DNA from: a virus
Lineage: Duplodnaviria > Caudoviricetes
DNA length: 60,955 bases
IMG/VR virus record: IMGVR_UViG_3300037634_004666
Location: 1-60,955 of that record
Direction: 5' to 3' (one strand)
Shown here: positions 9,002 through 17,949 of the stretch, piece after piece
Layout: each line of letters opens with the position of its first letter
How positions within the stretch are numbered: the stretch's first letter is position 1
Position numbers and translations under genes: made by a program
Notes under the pieces: model-generated
What the model saw: only the letters and a program-made list of their open reading frames with translations
What the model was told of the DNA's origin: nothing
Databases searched by the model: none

Positions 9002-9912
9002 TGGTTAAAATTGACATTAAAGACTGGAATAAACTTCAAGGATATGCAAAAATGGCGTATAATGGAGTAGAAGGGCATGATATTTCTAAATGTGAAATTA
9101 GTGGAATACTAATAGCATTTAAAGAAGACAATGATATAATATTAAAACATCCTTGCATTCTTGAACAAACAGTAAGTGGAGGTAACTGTATTTTAGATAA
9201 AGCTGCTTTAGCTCAATACTATACAGAATCTTGTATGAAATATGGTACTGATATTAGATTTGTTTGGTGGCATTCTCATCATATGATGAGTGCATTTTGG
9301 TCAAGTACTGATTTGACAGCTATTGAAGAATTTAATTTAGGTGATTATAGTATGAGTTTAGTTATAAACTTAAAAGAAGAGTATAAGTTTAGAATAAATT
9401 GGTGGAAACCAGCTGCAGCTCATATAGATACTGAATTAAAAATAATCAAGACTGAACAACCTATAACTACAGAAATGATAGCTGATTTTAAATCATTAGT
9501 TACCAAGATAGTAGTTCCTGAAACTAAAGCTCTAAGTAGGTTTAATAGTTGGGCTGGTAGATATAAACAACCTAATAATTATGGACCTGGATTAGTAGAT
9601 GCAACACTTATGGACACTGAAGATACAATTTATGATAAGTATTTAGATATAGCTGATGATTGTTTAGAAGAAATATATGGAGATCTTGCTAAAGAGTATG
9701 AAATGTTCTTAGGAGAATGGAAAAAGATTCAAAATAGTGCTATTAAAGATGGTATAGAAATTTTGGATATAAATGAGAAAGAATTTAATCTTTTAAAAGG
9801 AAGTAGATATGCTAATGCAACAGAATACGTTAAGCCGGCCTCTGGTAGCCAACAAGATCTTTGGCGCAGCGGGAATCAATACCCGGTATCAGGGGATTTG
9901 TGGAGAGTTTAA
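9001..9912 (+). CDS. JAB/MPN+ (JAMM) metallo-isopeptidase
   Basis: Catalytic Glu in CEISG plus WWHSHHMMSAFWSSTD (HxHx7Sx2D). Confidence 0.9.
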   Translation: MVKIDIKDWNKLQGYAKMAYNGVEGHDISKCEISGILIAFKEDNDIILKHPCILEQTVSGGNCILDKAALAQYYTESCMKYGTDIRFVWWHSHHMMSAFWSSTDLTAIEEFNLGDYSMSLVINLKEEYKFRINWWKPAAAHIDTELKIIKTEQPITTEMIADFKSLVTKIVVPETKALSRFNSWAGRYKQPNNYGPGLVDATLMDTEDTIYDKYLDIADDCLEEIYGDLAKEYEMFLGEWKKIQNSAIKDGIEILDINEKEFNLLKGSRYANATEYVKPASGSQQDLWRSGNQYPVSGDLWRV

Positions 9913-10555
9913 TCAATATCATTATCATATCTTTGGTTGCGGAGCTATTGGAAGCTTCGCAGCTATTGGTATAGCTATGATGGATGGTAAAGATTTTACC
10001 CTTTATGATATGGATACAATATGCATGGAAAATGTAGGTATAAGTGCATATACTTTAAGTGATTTAGATGATACAAAAACCTTTGCCTTAAAGCAAAAAT
10101 TAATAGATAATGATGCTAAGTCAATATGTATTAATGATGGATATGTAGATATAGATACTAAGTTAAACTTAAGTATAAAAAAAGAAAATATAGCTATATT
10201 ATGTTTTGATAGTATGCATAGCAGATTAGAACTCGCTGAAGTATGTTTTAAAGCTGGTATTAAAATAGTAATAGATGCCCGAATGGGTGGTGAACAAATG
10301 CAAATATATACTCATAATAATTTAAAGGATTATAAAGATTGTTGGTATTCTGATGCAGAAGGTTCTACAGAAACATGCACCACTAAAGGTACAAGTTATT
10401 GTTCTCTTGTAGTAGGAGGGATAATCACAAGTCAAATCAAGAAAGTGATAAATGGTGATCCATATTCAAGAGAAATAGTTTTTCACATTCCATCTATGGG
10501 GATGGCGTGTACAACCATGGTTAAACCCATAAATAATAAAGAAAGGGAAGCATAA
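9809..10555 (+). CDS. E1-like ThiF/MoeB-family adenylyltransferase
   Basis: IFGCGAIGS, YDMDTICMENVG, CFDS, IDARMGG, candidate catalytic Cys in ETCTTKG. Confidence 0.9.
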   Translation: MLMQQNTLSRPLVANKIFGAAGINTRYQGICGEFNQYHYHIFGCGAIGSFAAIGIAMMDGKDFTLYDMDTICMENVGISAYTLSDLDDTKTFALKQKLIDNDAKSICINDGYVDIDTKLNLSIKKENIAILCFDSMHSRLELAEVCFKAGIKIVIDARMGGEQMQIYTHNNLKDYKDCWYSDAEGSTETCTTKGTSYCSLVVGGIITSQIKKVINGDPYSREIVFHIPSMGMACTTMVKPINNKEREA

Positions 10556-10556
10556 A

Positions 10557-10763
10557 ATGGATATTCATTTAATGTTTAATACAGCTTCGTTTGTTTTAAC
10601 GAACACAGATGCCACTACTGTTGGTGGTTTAATTGAGGAATTAGATATTCCTTCCAGCTCTACAGTTCAAGTAAATATTGACGGCGTTGTAGTTGGTCAT
10701 GATACTCCATTAGTTGCAAATGCTATTGTAGCAGTAGTAGCTAAAGACAAAGTTGGTGGCTAA
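10557..10763 (+). CDS. Ubiquitin-like beta-grasp protein (ThiS/MoaD/Ubl) ending in GG
   Basis: 68 aa, TTVGGLIEELDI...VNIDG...TPL...IVAVV..KVGG-stop; directly after E1. Confidence 0.85.
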   Translation: MDIHLMFNTASFVLTNTDATTVGGLIEELDIPSSSTVQVNIDGVVVGHDTPLVANAIVAVVAKDKVGG

Positions 10764-10790
10764 ATAACAACTTCTGAGTAACAAAAGATT

Positions 10791-10819
10791 AAAGGGGAGA
10801 GATTAGGCTCCCCTTTTTT
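10791..10819 (+). terminator. Intrinsic terminator closing the Ubl operon
   Basis: AAAGGGGAG-loop-CTCCCCTTTTTT. Confidence 0.8.
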
Positions 10820-10830
10820 CTTAAAAATGA

Positions 10831-11064
10831 TTGGAAAATATGTTAGAAGTAAAAAAAGATATACCAAGAACAATAGAGTATCCTATAATTGGAAAAGTTT
10901 ATGATGTAACTACCAATCAAGGTAATATTCATAAGCATATTCAATTCCAAGGATATAGTAATGGAGTGGCTAAGCCTAAATATATATTTAAAGAATTAAA
11001 CGGACAAAGAATCAGCATAAATCCTTCTTATGAAGTAGAAATGGCTGAGGTTTTAACGTTATAA
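10831..11064 (+). CDS. Small hypothetical protein
   Basis: ORF track; fills the gap before the replication genes. Confidence 0.65.
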   Translation: MENMLEVKKDIPRTIEYPIIGKVYDVTTNQGNIHKHIQFQGYSNGVAKPKYIFKELNGQRISINPSYEVEMAEVLTL

Positions 11065-11121
11065 TTTCGTATATTTATACCTTCGCCCTGAAGAAATTTA
11101 ACACAATAGAGAAGGGACATT

Positions 11122-11817
11122 ATGTCTATCAAAATAGAAAAAAGGACTAAGCCGTTAACAGTAAATCCATCATTAACATTGTTATATGGTAGTAGAAAAG
11201 CAGGTAAAACTACTATGTTAGGTAAATTAGCTGAAGGTTTAGTTATAGATACAGAACGAGGAGCAAACTTTATAACTGGGGATATAGTATCAGTAAATTC
11301 TCTAGTAGATCTAAGAGATCTAGTAACTACTCTTTTAGATAATAAAGAAAATGGAAATGAATATAAGTATATATCTATAGATACTATTAATAAAATAGTA
11401 GAATGGATAGAAGAATCTATAGTTGAAGTACACAATGATAATAATAATGATAAAATAGCGTATTTCGGTGATTTAGCATTTGGTAAAGGTCATGGGATGG
11501 TAAGAGAGAAAGTCAATAAGTTGATAGATACTTTTAGCAAACTTACACCACACTTAATACTTATAGGTCATAATAAATTAGCGTCAGCTATAAGTGATAA
11601 TAGTACTATTGTAGATCCTGCATCATTAAATTTAACAGGTAAGTTAAAGAATATGATAATGGCTAAATGTGATAGTATTGGTTATGTGTTTAGGGACGGA
11701 ATAGATGATTCACTACAAGTTTCTTTTAAAGCTAATAATGCATTAGAAGCTGGTAGTAGATGTGAACATTTAAAAGGTAAAATAATACCATTTGAATGGA
11801 AAAATATCTTTAAATAA
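11122..11817 (+). CDS. Sak4-like (AAA_24) P-loop ATPase / ssDNA-annealing protein
   Basis: LLYGSRKAGKTT Walker A, IDTERG, ISIDTI, LILIGH, CDSIGY. Confidence 0.8.
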   Translation: MSIKIEKRTKPLTVNPSLTLLYGSRKAGKTTMLGKLAEGLVIDTERGANFITGDIVSVNSLVDLRDLVTTLLDNKENGNEYKYISIDTINKIVEWIEESIVEVHNDNNNDKIAYFGDLAFGKGHGMVREKVNKLIDTFSKLTPHLILIGHNKLASAISDNSTIVDPASLNLTGKLKNMIMAKCDSIGYVFRDGIDDSLQVSFKANNALEAGSRCEHLKGKIIPFEWKNIFK

Positions 11818-11829
11818 AAAGGGGAGTAT

Positions 11830-12423
11830 ATGTTAGATATACCAACACAACGAGCAGGCACAGGAGGCGGTGGACCGTTATATGTTAATAGCGCAATCGT
11901 TACTGATGTTAAAGCTGAAAAAGGTAAATTCTCAGAAATATCTTTAATAGTAGAAGCTGTTATGGATAATGAGCAGAAATGGGAACGAAAATTCTTCTTT
12001 AATGGAGGATGGGAACGAGATCAAGCTGGTAATATTATTGGCTGGGGAGCAATGCAAAGAGAAATCTTACCATTCTTCAAAGCTGTAGGTGTTCCAGAAG
12101 GAACTTTAAAGAAAATGGACGAAACAGGTGTAACAGGCTGTATAGCTGATTGTTTACAAAAAGGGTTTAAGTTTATATCTTATTTAAATGAAGATAATAA
12201 AAGTAGAACTTCTAAAATAATTGGCAGTATGGAAGAAGATGATGATGTATTGATTGAAAAATTTCAAGAACAACATAATTATTGGAATAAGAGAGCTAAA
12301 AAGAAAATGTGGTGGCCTAAAGACTTTAAAGGATTTTCAAACAGTGATAAAGCTGATTTTGAAATGAATAGTAGTTTTACAAACCCTACAGAAACTAAAA
12401 GCGCATCGACTGTACCATTTTAA
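11830..12423 (+). CDS. Putative single-stranded DNA-binding protein
   Basis: Follows the Sak4-like gene; flexible tail ending VPF. Confidence 0.55.
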   Translation: MLDIPTQRAGTGGGGPLYVNSAIVTDVKAEKGKFSEISLIVEAVMDNEQKWERKFFFNGGWERDQAGNIIGWGAMQREILPFFKAVGVPEGTLKKMDETGVTGCIADCLQKGFKFISYLNEDNKSRTSKIIGSMEEDDDVLIEKFQEQHNYWNKRAKKKMWWPKDFKGFSNSDKADFEMNSSFTNPTETKSASTVPF

Positions 12424-12437
12424 TAAATAGTTAATAT

Positions 12438-12494
12438 ATAGCGTTATTTATGTAGAGGTTTTGTTGACATTTTCCTGTATGTATTTAACGCTAT
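12438..12494 (+). other. Long intergenic stem-loop before the primase-helicase gene
   Basis: ATAGCGTTA (12438) / TAACGCTAT (12486) enclosing further pairing. Confidence 0.5.
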
Positions 12495-12519
12495 TTTATT
12501 TAAAATTACAGGAGTATTT

Positions 12520-14358
12520 ATGGAAGTATATAAAGAGTTTGTTAGTGGTCAAATTAGACATACTGCTGATATAATAAAACTCAGTGATGTAGCACAAAAA
12601 GCACAAGTTGCCAATGGAGAAGCTATGTTTATGTCTGTATATGATTTTACAAAAGATTATAAAGATTATGCAGAAGAAAAGAAGTCTATAGCAGGTTATG
12701 ATGGATCTGTTTCCATATCTAAACTATTCTTTGATATAGATCTAGGAAAAGGTGAAGAAGCTATAACAGATGAGATGTGTTTAAATAGAGCTAGACAATT
12801 AGTAGTAGAATTACAAACTAGATGGGGATTAGAAGATAAATATATACAACCTTGGTTCAGTGGACGAGGATACCATATTATAACACCTGATTTCTTTGGC
12901 TTTGGAATAGGAGATGATGTTCCTACGAAAGTAAAGGCTACTCTTACACATTATTTTAAGGATATTGACCCAGTAGTCTATGACAAGACCCGGCTCCTTA
13001 GAATGGGTAATAGTAAACATCCTATTAGTAATTTATTTAAAATACCATTAAGGATTTCAGAACTTAATGATTTAAATCCTATAGGGATACAAGGTTTAGC
13101 TAAAGAAAAAAGAATACATAATGATTTTATAGTAGATTGGTCTGATTATAAACCATATTATATGGATAAAATTAAGACTAAAGTAGTTATAGCTACTCAA
13201 GACCCATTAGCTTTAATTCATACACCTAGAACTGAATTTGCTCCTCCTTCAGCATTTGTAACATGTTGTCAAAAGATCTTTAATCAAGGTCCAATTAAAG
13301 GAAATAGACATAAAACAATTTTAGTATTAGCATCCTGGTTAAGAAGAGCTGGTATAGCTCAAGAATTAGCTGGATGGATGTTAGTACATTGGTTAAGAGC
13401 AGAAATAGCTGATCCTAACGATAGAATGACTAAATCTGAAGTATTAAGGCCAGCTAATCAAGTTTATGAGAAACCATATCATTATTGGTGTAATAATCTA
13501 ATTATGAAAGAATATTGTTCTGATAAATGTGTATATTATAATCAAAGAGATGATATGTCTCATTTTAAAGACAATGCAGAAGTTTCAGCTGAATTTATTG
13601 ATTGGTATGTAGGATTTAATCACGATAAAAGCTTAGATATTGGAACTTTCTGTGGTGATAATAAACCTTGGTGGGCTAATCCTTCTGAATTAATAGTATT
13701 AAGTGGAGATTCTGGTGCAGGTAAAAGTGCATTTATGCAAAATCTTATGATGCATAGTGGATTAAAAACAGCATACTATCAAATGGAAATGGGTGAAGAA
13801 TTAGATCGATTAAGATTTAATAAAATGTATTTTAAGAAAGATGATGATGAATTAAAAGAATATTTCTCTAGCATGTCACGAGAAGAACTTATAGAGAGTC
13901 AAAAAGTATTTGATAATATCTATTTTAAATCAGCGTCACCTAATATACATAAAATTAAGTCAGAGTTATCACTTATAAATCCTGAATTGGTAGTTATAGA
14001 TACTATGGATATGATTCAAAGTAGGGCTAGAAATAGATTAGATCAACAACGAGAGATTGTAATAAATCTAAAGAAGTTAGCTATAGAAATGGATGTTATT
14101 GTGGTTGCAATAGCACATAAAACTAAGTCATCTTCAGATACACATAGTGATTTTTACAATAACGATAACAATGCAATAGCAGGAGATGGAGCTATCTTTC
14201 AAAAAGCAGATAAAATATTATTTGTTACTACACCTCATGGACAATCAGGTCGAGAAAGACATATAATTTCTTCTAAAAATAGGAATGAAGGACTTTTAGA
14301 TCAAAGTATGATGTTTATAGGTGAAAAGATGCTTTATAAACCGACAAAGGAAGAGTAA
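12520..14358 (+). CDS. AEP primase-polymerase fused to an SF4/RecA-fold helicase
   Basis: LFFDID, FSGRGYH, DKTRLLR; PriCT-like GNRH; SGDSGAGKS Walker A; LVVIDT Walker B; KNR. Confidence 0.85.
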   Translation: MEVYKEFVSGQIRHTADIIKLSDVAQKAQVANGEAMFMSVYDFTKDYKDYAEEKKSIAGYDGSVSISKLFFDIDLGKGEEAITDEMCLNRARQLVVELQTRWGLEDKYIQPWFSGRGYHIITPDFFGFGIGDDVPTKVKATLTHYFKDIDPVVYDKTRLLRMGNSKHPISNLFKIPLRISELNDLNPIGIQGLAKEKRIHNDFIVDWSDYKPYYMDKIKTKVVIATQDPLALIHTPRTEFAPPSAFVTCCQKIFNQGPIKGNRHKTILVLASWLRRAGIAQELAGWMLVHWLRAEIADPNDRMTKSEVLRPANQVYEKPYHYWCNNLIMKEYCSDKCVYYNQRDDMSHFKDNAEVSAEFIDWYVGFNHDKSLDIGTFCGDNKPWWANPSELIVLSGDSGAGKSAFMQNLMMHSGLKTAYYQMEMGEELDRLRFNKMYFKKDDDELKEYFSSMSREELIESQKVFDNIYFKSASPNIHKIKSELSLINPELVVIDTMDMIQSRARNRLDQQREIVINLKKLAIEMDVIVVAIAHKTKSSSDTHSDFYNNDNNAIAGDGAIFQKADKILFVTTPHGQSGRERHIISSKNRNEGLLDQSMMFIGEKMLYKPTKEE

Positions 14359-14525
14359 TGGCTAAAACAATGGATCAAATGATAGCTGAAAAATCCAAAA
14401 AAGCTCTTGTTTCGTTAAGAGTATCTATCTTAAAATTAATAGACAGTCATATAGATAAATATGATATAGAAATTAAAAAAGAGAAGGATACAATTAATGA
14501 TTTACATTGGGATAGATCCAGGTAA
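14358..14525 (+). CDS. Small hypothetical protein (55 aa)
   Basis: TAATG coupling, AAGGA SD; hand translated. Confidence 0.55.
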   Translation: MAKTMDQMIAEKSKKALVSLRVSILKLIDSHIDKYDIEIKKEKDTINDLHWDRSR

Positions 14526-14955
14526 AGGTGGTGGTATTTGTTTTATAAAGGATAGACATACAGCTAAAGCTTATAAATGTCCTGAAACTATAGAAGGAAT
14601 GGCATCACTTGTTAAAAAAGAGACAAGAGGCTATAAAATAAAAGTAGCTACAATAGAACATGTACATAGTATGCCTAGGGATGGTGTCGTAAGTGCTTTC
14701 AGCTTTGGAAGAAACTTCGGATCATGGTTAGGCATATTACATGCATTAAATATAGGCGTAAGCTTAACATCTCCTCAAAAATGGATGAAAAAATATCATC
14801 CCCTTCCTAAGGAAAAAAAATCAAGAAAACATAGATTAAGAGATCTAGCTAAGAATCATTATCCAGGTATTTATTGTACATTAGCAACAGCTGATGCTAT
14901 TTTAATTGCTAAATATGGAGCAGAACTTTCAACAATAGGCGTAAGTTTAAAATGA
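14497..14955 (+). CDS. RuvC-like Holliday junction resolvase
   Basis: IGIDPGKGGG, IEHVH, AFSFG, PQKW, ADAILIA. Confidence 0.85.
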   Translation: MIYIGIDPGKGGGICFIKDRHTAKAYKCPETIEGMASLVKKETRGYKIKVATIEHVHSMPRDGVVSAFSFGRNFGSWLGILHALNIGVSLTSPQKWMKKYHPLPKEKKSRKHRLRDLAKNHYPGIYCTLATADAILIAKYGAELSTIGVSLK

Positions 14956-15128
14956 TTTCTCAAGCTGATAAAATTAATAGAACTTTAGAACAATGGATAG
15001 CTAAAGGATGTATTGATTCTAAGACAGAATTAATGTGTCAAGCTATGGTATCTGTAATTAAAGAACAAGAAAGAACTAACTTATTATTATTGGAGTTATT
15101 AAATCGAACAGTCAAAGACGACGTATAA
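14952..15128 (+). CDS. Small hypothetical protein (58 aa)
   Basis: ATGA overlap; hand translated MISQADKINRTLEQW... Confidence 0.6.
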   Translation: MISQADKINRTLEQWIAKGCIDSKTELMCQAMVSVIKEQERTNLLLLELLNRTVKDDV

Positions 15129-15336
15129 TAGAGAATGTTGGAACTGTGCATTTCAAGCTCTACATAATACTCAATTTTTAGGTAATTGCTTATATTTTAG
15201 AACTATAGGAGAAGAACCTAAATCAATACCAGCACATATAGTAGATAAGGGTTGTGATTTTCATAAACCTTTCACAAGGGAACGACACCCCTTATTTAAA
15301 GATGTAATTAAAACATTTAAAGGAACACTAATATGA
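15103..15336 (+). CDS. Cys-rich small protein (77 aa) with a probable ATC start
   Basis: GGAG 7 nt upstream of ATC; CWNC...GNC...KGC; stop overlaps the next ATG; no ATG/GTG/TTG in frame. Confidence 0.6.
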   Translation: MEQSKTTYNRECWNCAFQALHNTQFLGNCLYFRTIGEEPKSIPAHIVDKGCDFHKPFTRERHPLFKDVIKTFKGTLI

Positions 15337-16064
15337 TAGATTTTGAAAATGTATATCAAGAATGGATAGATCATGAAAATGAAAAAAATAGAATTGAAAG
15401 ATACGAAGGTAATGAGAGGTGGTACGGAGCTTCTAGTAGCGGTAGTTGTCGTAGGAAGTTATATTATAAGTGCATTGACCGTGCTAAGCCTACTAACCCT
15501 ATTAGTAATGAATCTTACCGTAAAATGAGATTAGGTACTATTTTCCATGATGATATGGAAAAAGCTTTAAAACTTTATAATACAAAAGAAGATAGAGCTG
15601 TAAAATTCTATTATGAAGAAGAATTACAGATGCCTGATTATAATGTTAGAGGTTTCTTTGATTGTGTTATGGAATGTGAAGACGGGAGTATTCATTTATA
15701 TGATTTCAAGACTACTAATAGTAACTCTTGGAGATATAAAATAGGTACTAAAACTAAACCTATAACAAAAGAAGACCCACGATATTCTATGCAATTAGGA
15801 ATGTATGCTGTTGGTATAGAACAGAAGTTTAACAGAATAGACAGTATGGGCTTAGTCTATTACAATAAAGATACATCAGCAATGAAAGTTATAGATGTTC
15901 CCTTATATTGGATGGCTAGAGCTAAAGAATGGTGGGCTCAAACAAATAAAACACACGCACAAGGGTTACCACCTTTGAGTCCAGGAGATAGTCCTTCTGA
16001 AGGCTGGGAGTGTAATTATTGTGAGTGGAAAGACCACTGTTTAGGTATATTTTACGGATTTTAA
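15333..16064 (+). CDS. Cas4-like PD-(D/E)xK exonuclease
   Basis: SCRRK...GTIFH...GFFD...DFKT...QLGMY...WECNYCEWKDHC (Fe-S-type cysteines). Confidence 0.85.
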   Translation: MIDFENVYQEWIDHENEKNRIERYEGNERWYGASSSGSCRRKLYYKCIDRAKPTNPISNESYRKMRLGTIFHDDMEKALKLYNTKEDRAVKFYYEEELQMPDYNVRGFFDCVMECEDGSIHLYDFKTTNSNSWRYKIGTKTKPITKEDPRYSMQLGMYAVGIEQKFNRIDSMGLVYYNKDTSAMKVIDVPLYWMARAKEWWAQTNKTHAQGLPPLSPGDSPSEGWECNYCEWKDHCLGIFYGF

Positions 16065-16080
16065 AATACAAGGAAATAAA

Positions 16081-16233
16081 ATGAAAGATTGGACAGAGAG
16101 AGTAGAGGAATTAAATCCAGATGAACAAAAATATAAATGCTCAAATTGTGATAATAAGTATTATAATGATCATTTTGATTTAGATGAAGATGGAGAAATT
16201 TGTAATGAATGTTTTAAAGAAAAGGAAGTATAA
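16081..16233 (+). CDS. Small zinc-ribbon protein (50 aa)
   Basis: AAGGA SD; CSNC...CNEC. Confidence 0.65.
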   Translation: MKDWTERVEELNPDEQKYKCSNCDNKYYNDHFDLDEDGEICNECFKEKEV

Positions 16234-16467
16234 ATGATTAGAGAAAAAGGTGAGAATATACAGGATCATGTAGATGAAGAAATCTCAGAATTAGATAATT
16301 TATTATTTGCAATTGATAATGTAGTTACTACTTATAAAAAGTCAGGTATTCAAATTGAGGCTATTGATAATCTAGAAGTATCTTTAGATAGATTTAATAC
16401 ACATCGAAATAAAGTAAATAATATAAATATAGATTGGAATGTACATAGTTGGAGGAATGAATGTTAG
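16234..16467 (+). CDS. Hypothetical protein
   Basis: ORF track, AAGGA SD. Confidence 0.65.
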   Translation: MIREKGENIQDHVDEEISELDNLLFAIDNVVTTYKKSGIQIEAIDNLEVSLDRFNTHRNKVNNINIDWNVHSWRNEC

Positions 16468-16533
16468 ATAGTATATTAATATTTAGTTCACCTTTTATAT
16501 TATTAGGTATATTGGTCTATTTATTTTATAAAT

Positions 16534-16776
16534 ATGGAGAAGAGTAAAATGCAAGAATATGAAGATTGGTGGGCAGTAAAAGGAGATGATATTAGGAATA
16601 AAAAACTTATTCAGCCTAATACAAAAAATTTCCCAGTTAAATTATGTACTGAATGTAATAAGGTTTGGGAAAAAAGTGGTAAAATAACCTTAATACATTT
16701 AGATTTTCCAACTTATGGATTAAAAAGAGAAACATGTACATATTGTACAGAGAAAGAGAGTGAAAGTAATGTTTAA
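16534..16776 (+). CDS. Small zinc-finger protein
   Basis: CTEC..VWE...DFPTYGL.RETCTYC. Confidence 0.7.
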   Translation: MEKSKMQEYEDWWAVKGDDIRNKKLIQPNTKNFPVKLCTECNKVWEKSGKITLIHLDFPTYGLKRETCTYCTEKESESNV

Positions 16777-17056
16777 AAAAATAATTAATAGAGCAAAAAA
16801 GTATAACTTGAGGGATTTGATAGAGCAATTAAATATAGCTGGAGTTATAAATACTAATACTGCTAGTCAAGAAGTATTTGCTAGTTATTCTGTAAAAAAT
16901 TTACAAAACAGAGTGAAATATTTAGAGAAACATTTATCAGGTTTATTAAATCATTTAAAAATAAAGCCTAAATCAAGCATGATTTTTAATGAATTGCCAG
17001 AAGGAGAGACTAACCATCTTTCATATTTTGAAGATGATGAACAATTACCATTTTAA
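16760..17056 (+). CDS. Hypothetical protein with an acidic LPF tail
   Basis: ORF track; ends EDDEQLPF. Confidence 0.65.
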   Translation: MKVMFKKIINRAKKYNLRDLIEQLNIAGVINTNTASQEVFASYSVKNLQNRVKYLEKHLSGLLNHLKIKPKSSMIFNELPEGETNHLSYFEDDEQLPF

Positions 17057-17067
17057 AAGGAAAAGCT

Positions 17068-17364
17068 ATGTTAACAAATGTAAGGGATACTAGTTTAATG
17101 GCATATAAAGATATTAATGCTAATGGACAAGTAGGCACTCAAAAAGAGCAAATATGCTCTAAAATGATTGTAGGGGTAGATTATTCTTTAAGAGAATTAA
17201 AAGATCACATTGGAACTATGGAAATGAGCTCTATATGTGGAAGAGTAAATTCTTTAAAGAAAGAAGGTAAGCTGTTAGAAGTTGAAAAGAGAAGATGTAC
17301 TATTAGTGGAAGACTTATTACCCCTGTAGTTTTATCAACTATTAATAGTGAATTAGAACTATGA
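17068..17364 (+). CDS. Winged-HTH DNA-binding protein
   Basis: TSLMAY...SLRELKD...SSICGRVNSLKKEG...RRCTISG. Confidence 0.7.
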   Translation: MLTNVRDTSLMAYKDINANGQVGTQKEQICSKMIVGVDYSLRELKDHIGTMEMSSICGRVNSLKKEGKLLEVEKRRCTISGRLITPVVLSTINSELEL

Positions 17365-17672
17365 ATCAAGTTGAATATATTGAATTTTTAACTAAAGTTG
17401 TTAATCCTGCTGTGTCTAAGATGCGGCAGGAAGGACAGAAAGAATATGCACAAGATGATGAAAATATCTTTGCAAATTTTGAAAGAGTAGGAAGTAGGTT
17501 AAATATCGATCGTAAGAAGGCTTTAATGGTTTATCTGCTAAAACATATAGATGGTATTAGTTCCTTCGTTAACGGTCATGTGTCGCAGCGAGAAGCTATA
17601 GGTGGAAGAATAACTGATTCTATTGTATATCTTAATTTACTCTGGGCTATGATAAATGAAAATGGGGAGTAA
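17361..17672 (+). CDS. DUF1599/Nmad-like all-alpha nucleotide pyrophosphatase-fold protein
   Basis: KEYA...NFER...LLKHIDGI...RITDSIVYL. Confidence 0.6.
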   Translation: MNQVEYIEFLTKVVNPAVSKMRQEGQKEYAQDDENIFANFERVGSRLNIDRKKALMVYLLKHIDGISSFVNGHVSQREAIGGRITDSIVYLNLLWAMINENGE

Positions 17673-17703
17673 AATGAGAACTTTTGGGAACAAATGGGGG
17701 TAA

Positions 17704-17910
17704 ATGGGGGTGAGCATTATAAAAAATAGACTTTTAGAGGATATGATGATATATCCTGAATTATATAACTTAATAAAAAGGGAAGAATGTGAAAGACAAG
17801 AAAAAAGAAAGTCCTCTAAAGACTTATCGGATAACTTATTGGGACGAGTTGCAAGACGACAACATGTGGGTAGAAATAAAAGCCCCGTCGGAAAAGATAG
17901 CAACCAATAG
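17704..17910 (+). CDS. Hypothetical protein
   Basis: ORF track only. Confidence 0.4.
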   Translation: MGVSIIKNRLLEDMMIYPELYNLIKREECERQEKRKSSKDLSDNLLGRVARRQHVGRNKSPVGKDSNQ

Positions 17911-17949
17911 AATAAGAGGAAGACAAATCTTAAGAATAGAGGAGGTTAA

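Noticed and set aside
9809-10763. ThiF/ThiS as thiamine or molybdopterin auxiliary metabolic genes
   Set aside because: No pathway partner genes recognised; linkage to JAB and an E2-like gene favours conjugation, though this is not formally excluded
15333-16064. CRISPR-Cas system suggested by the Cas4-like gene
   Set aside because: No repeat-spacer array or other cas gene seen; solo Cas4-like nucleases are common in phage replication modules
17659-17711. AAATGGGG repeated three times
   Set aside because: Short, irregularly spaced, no supportable function
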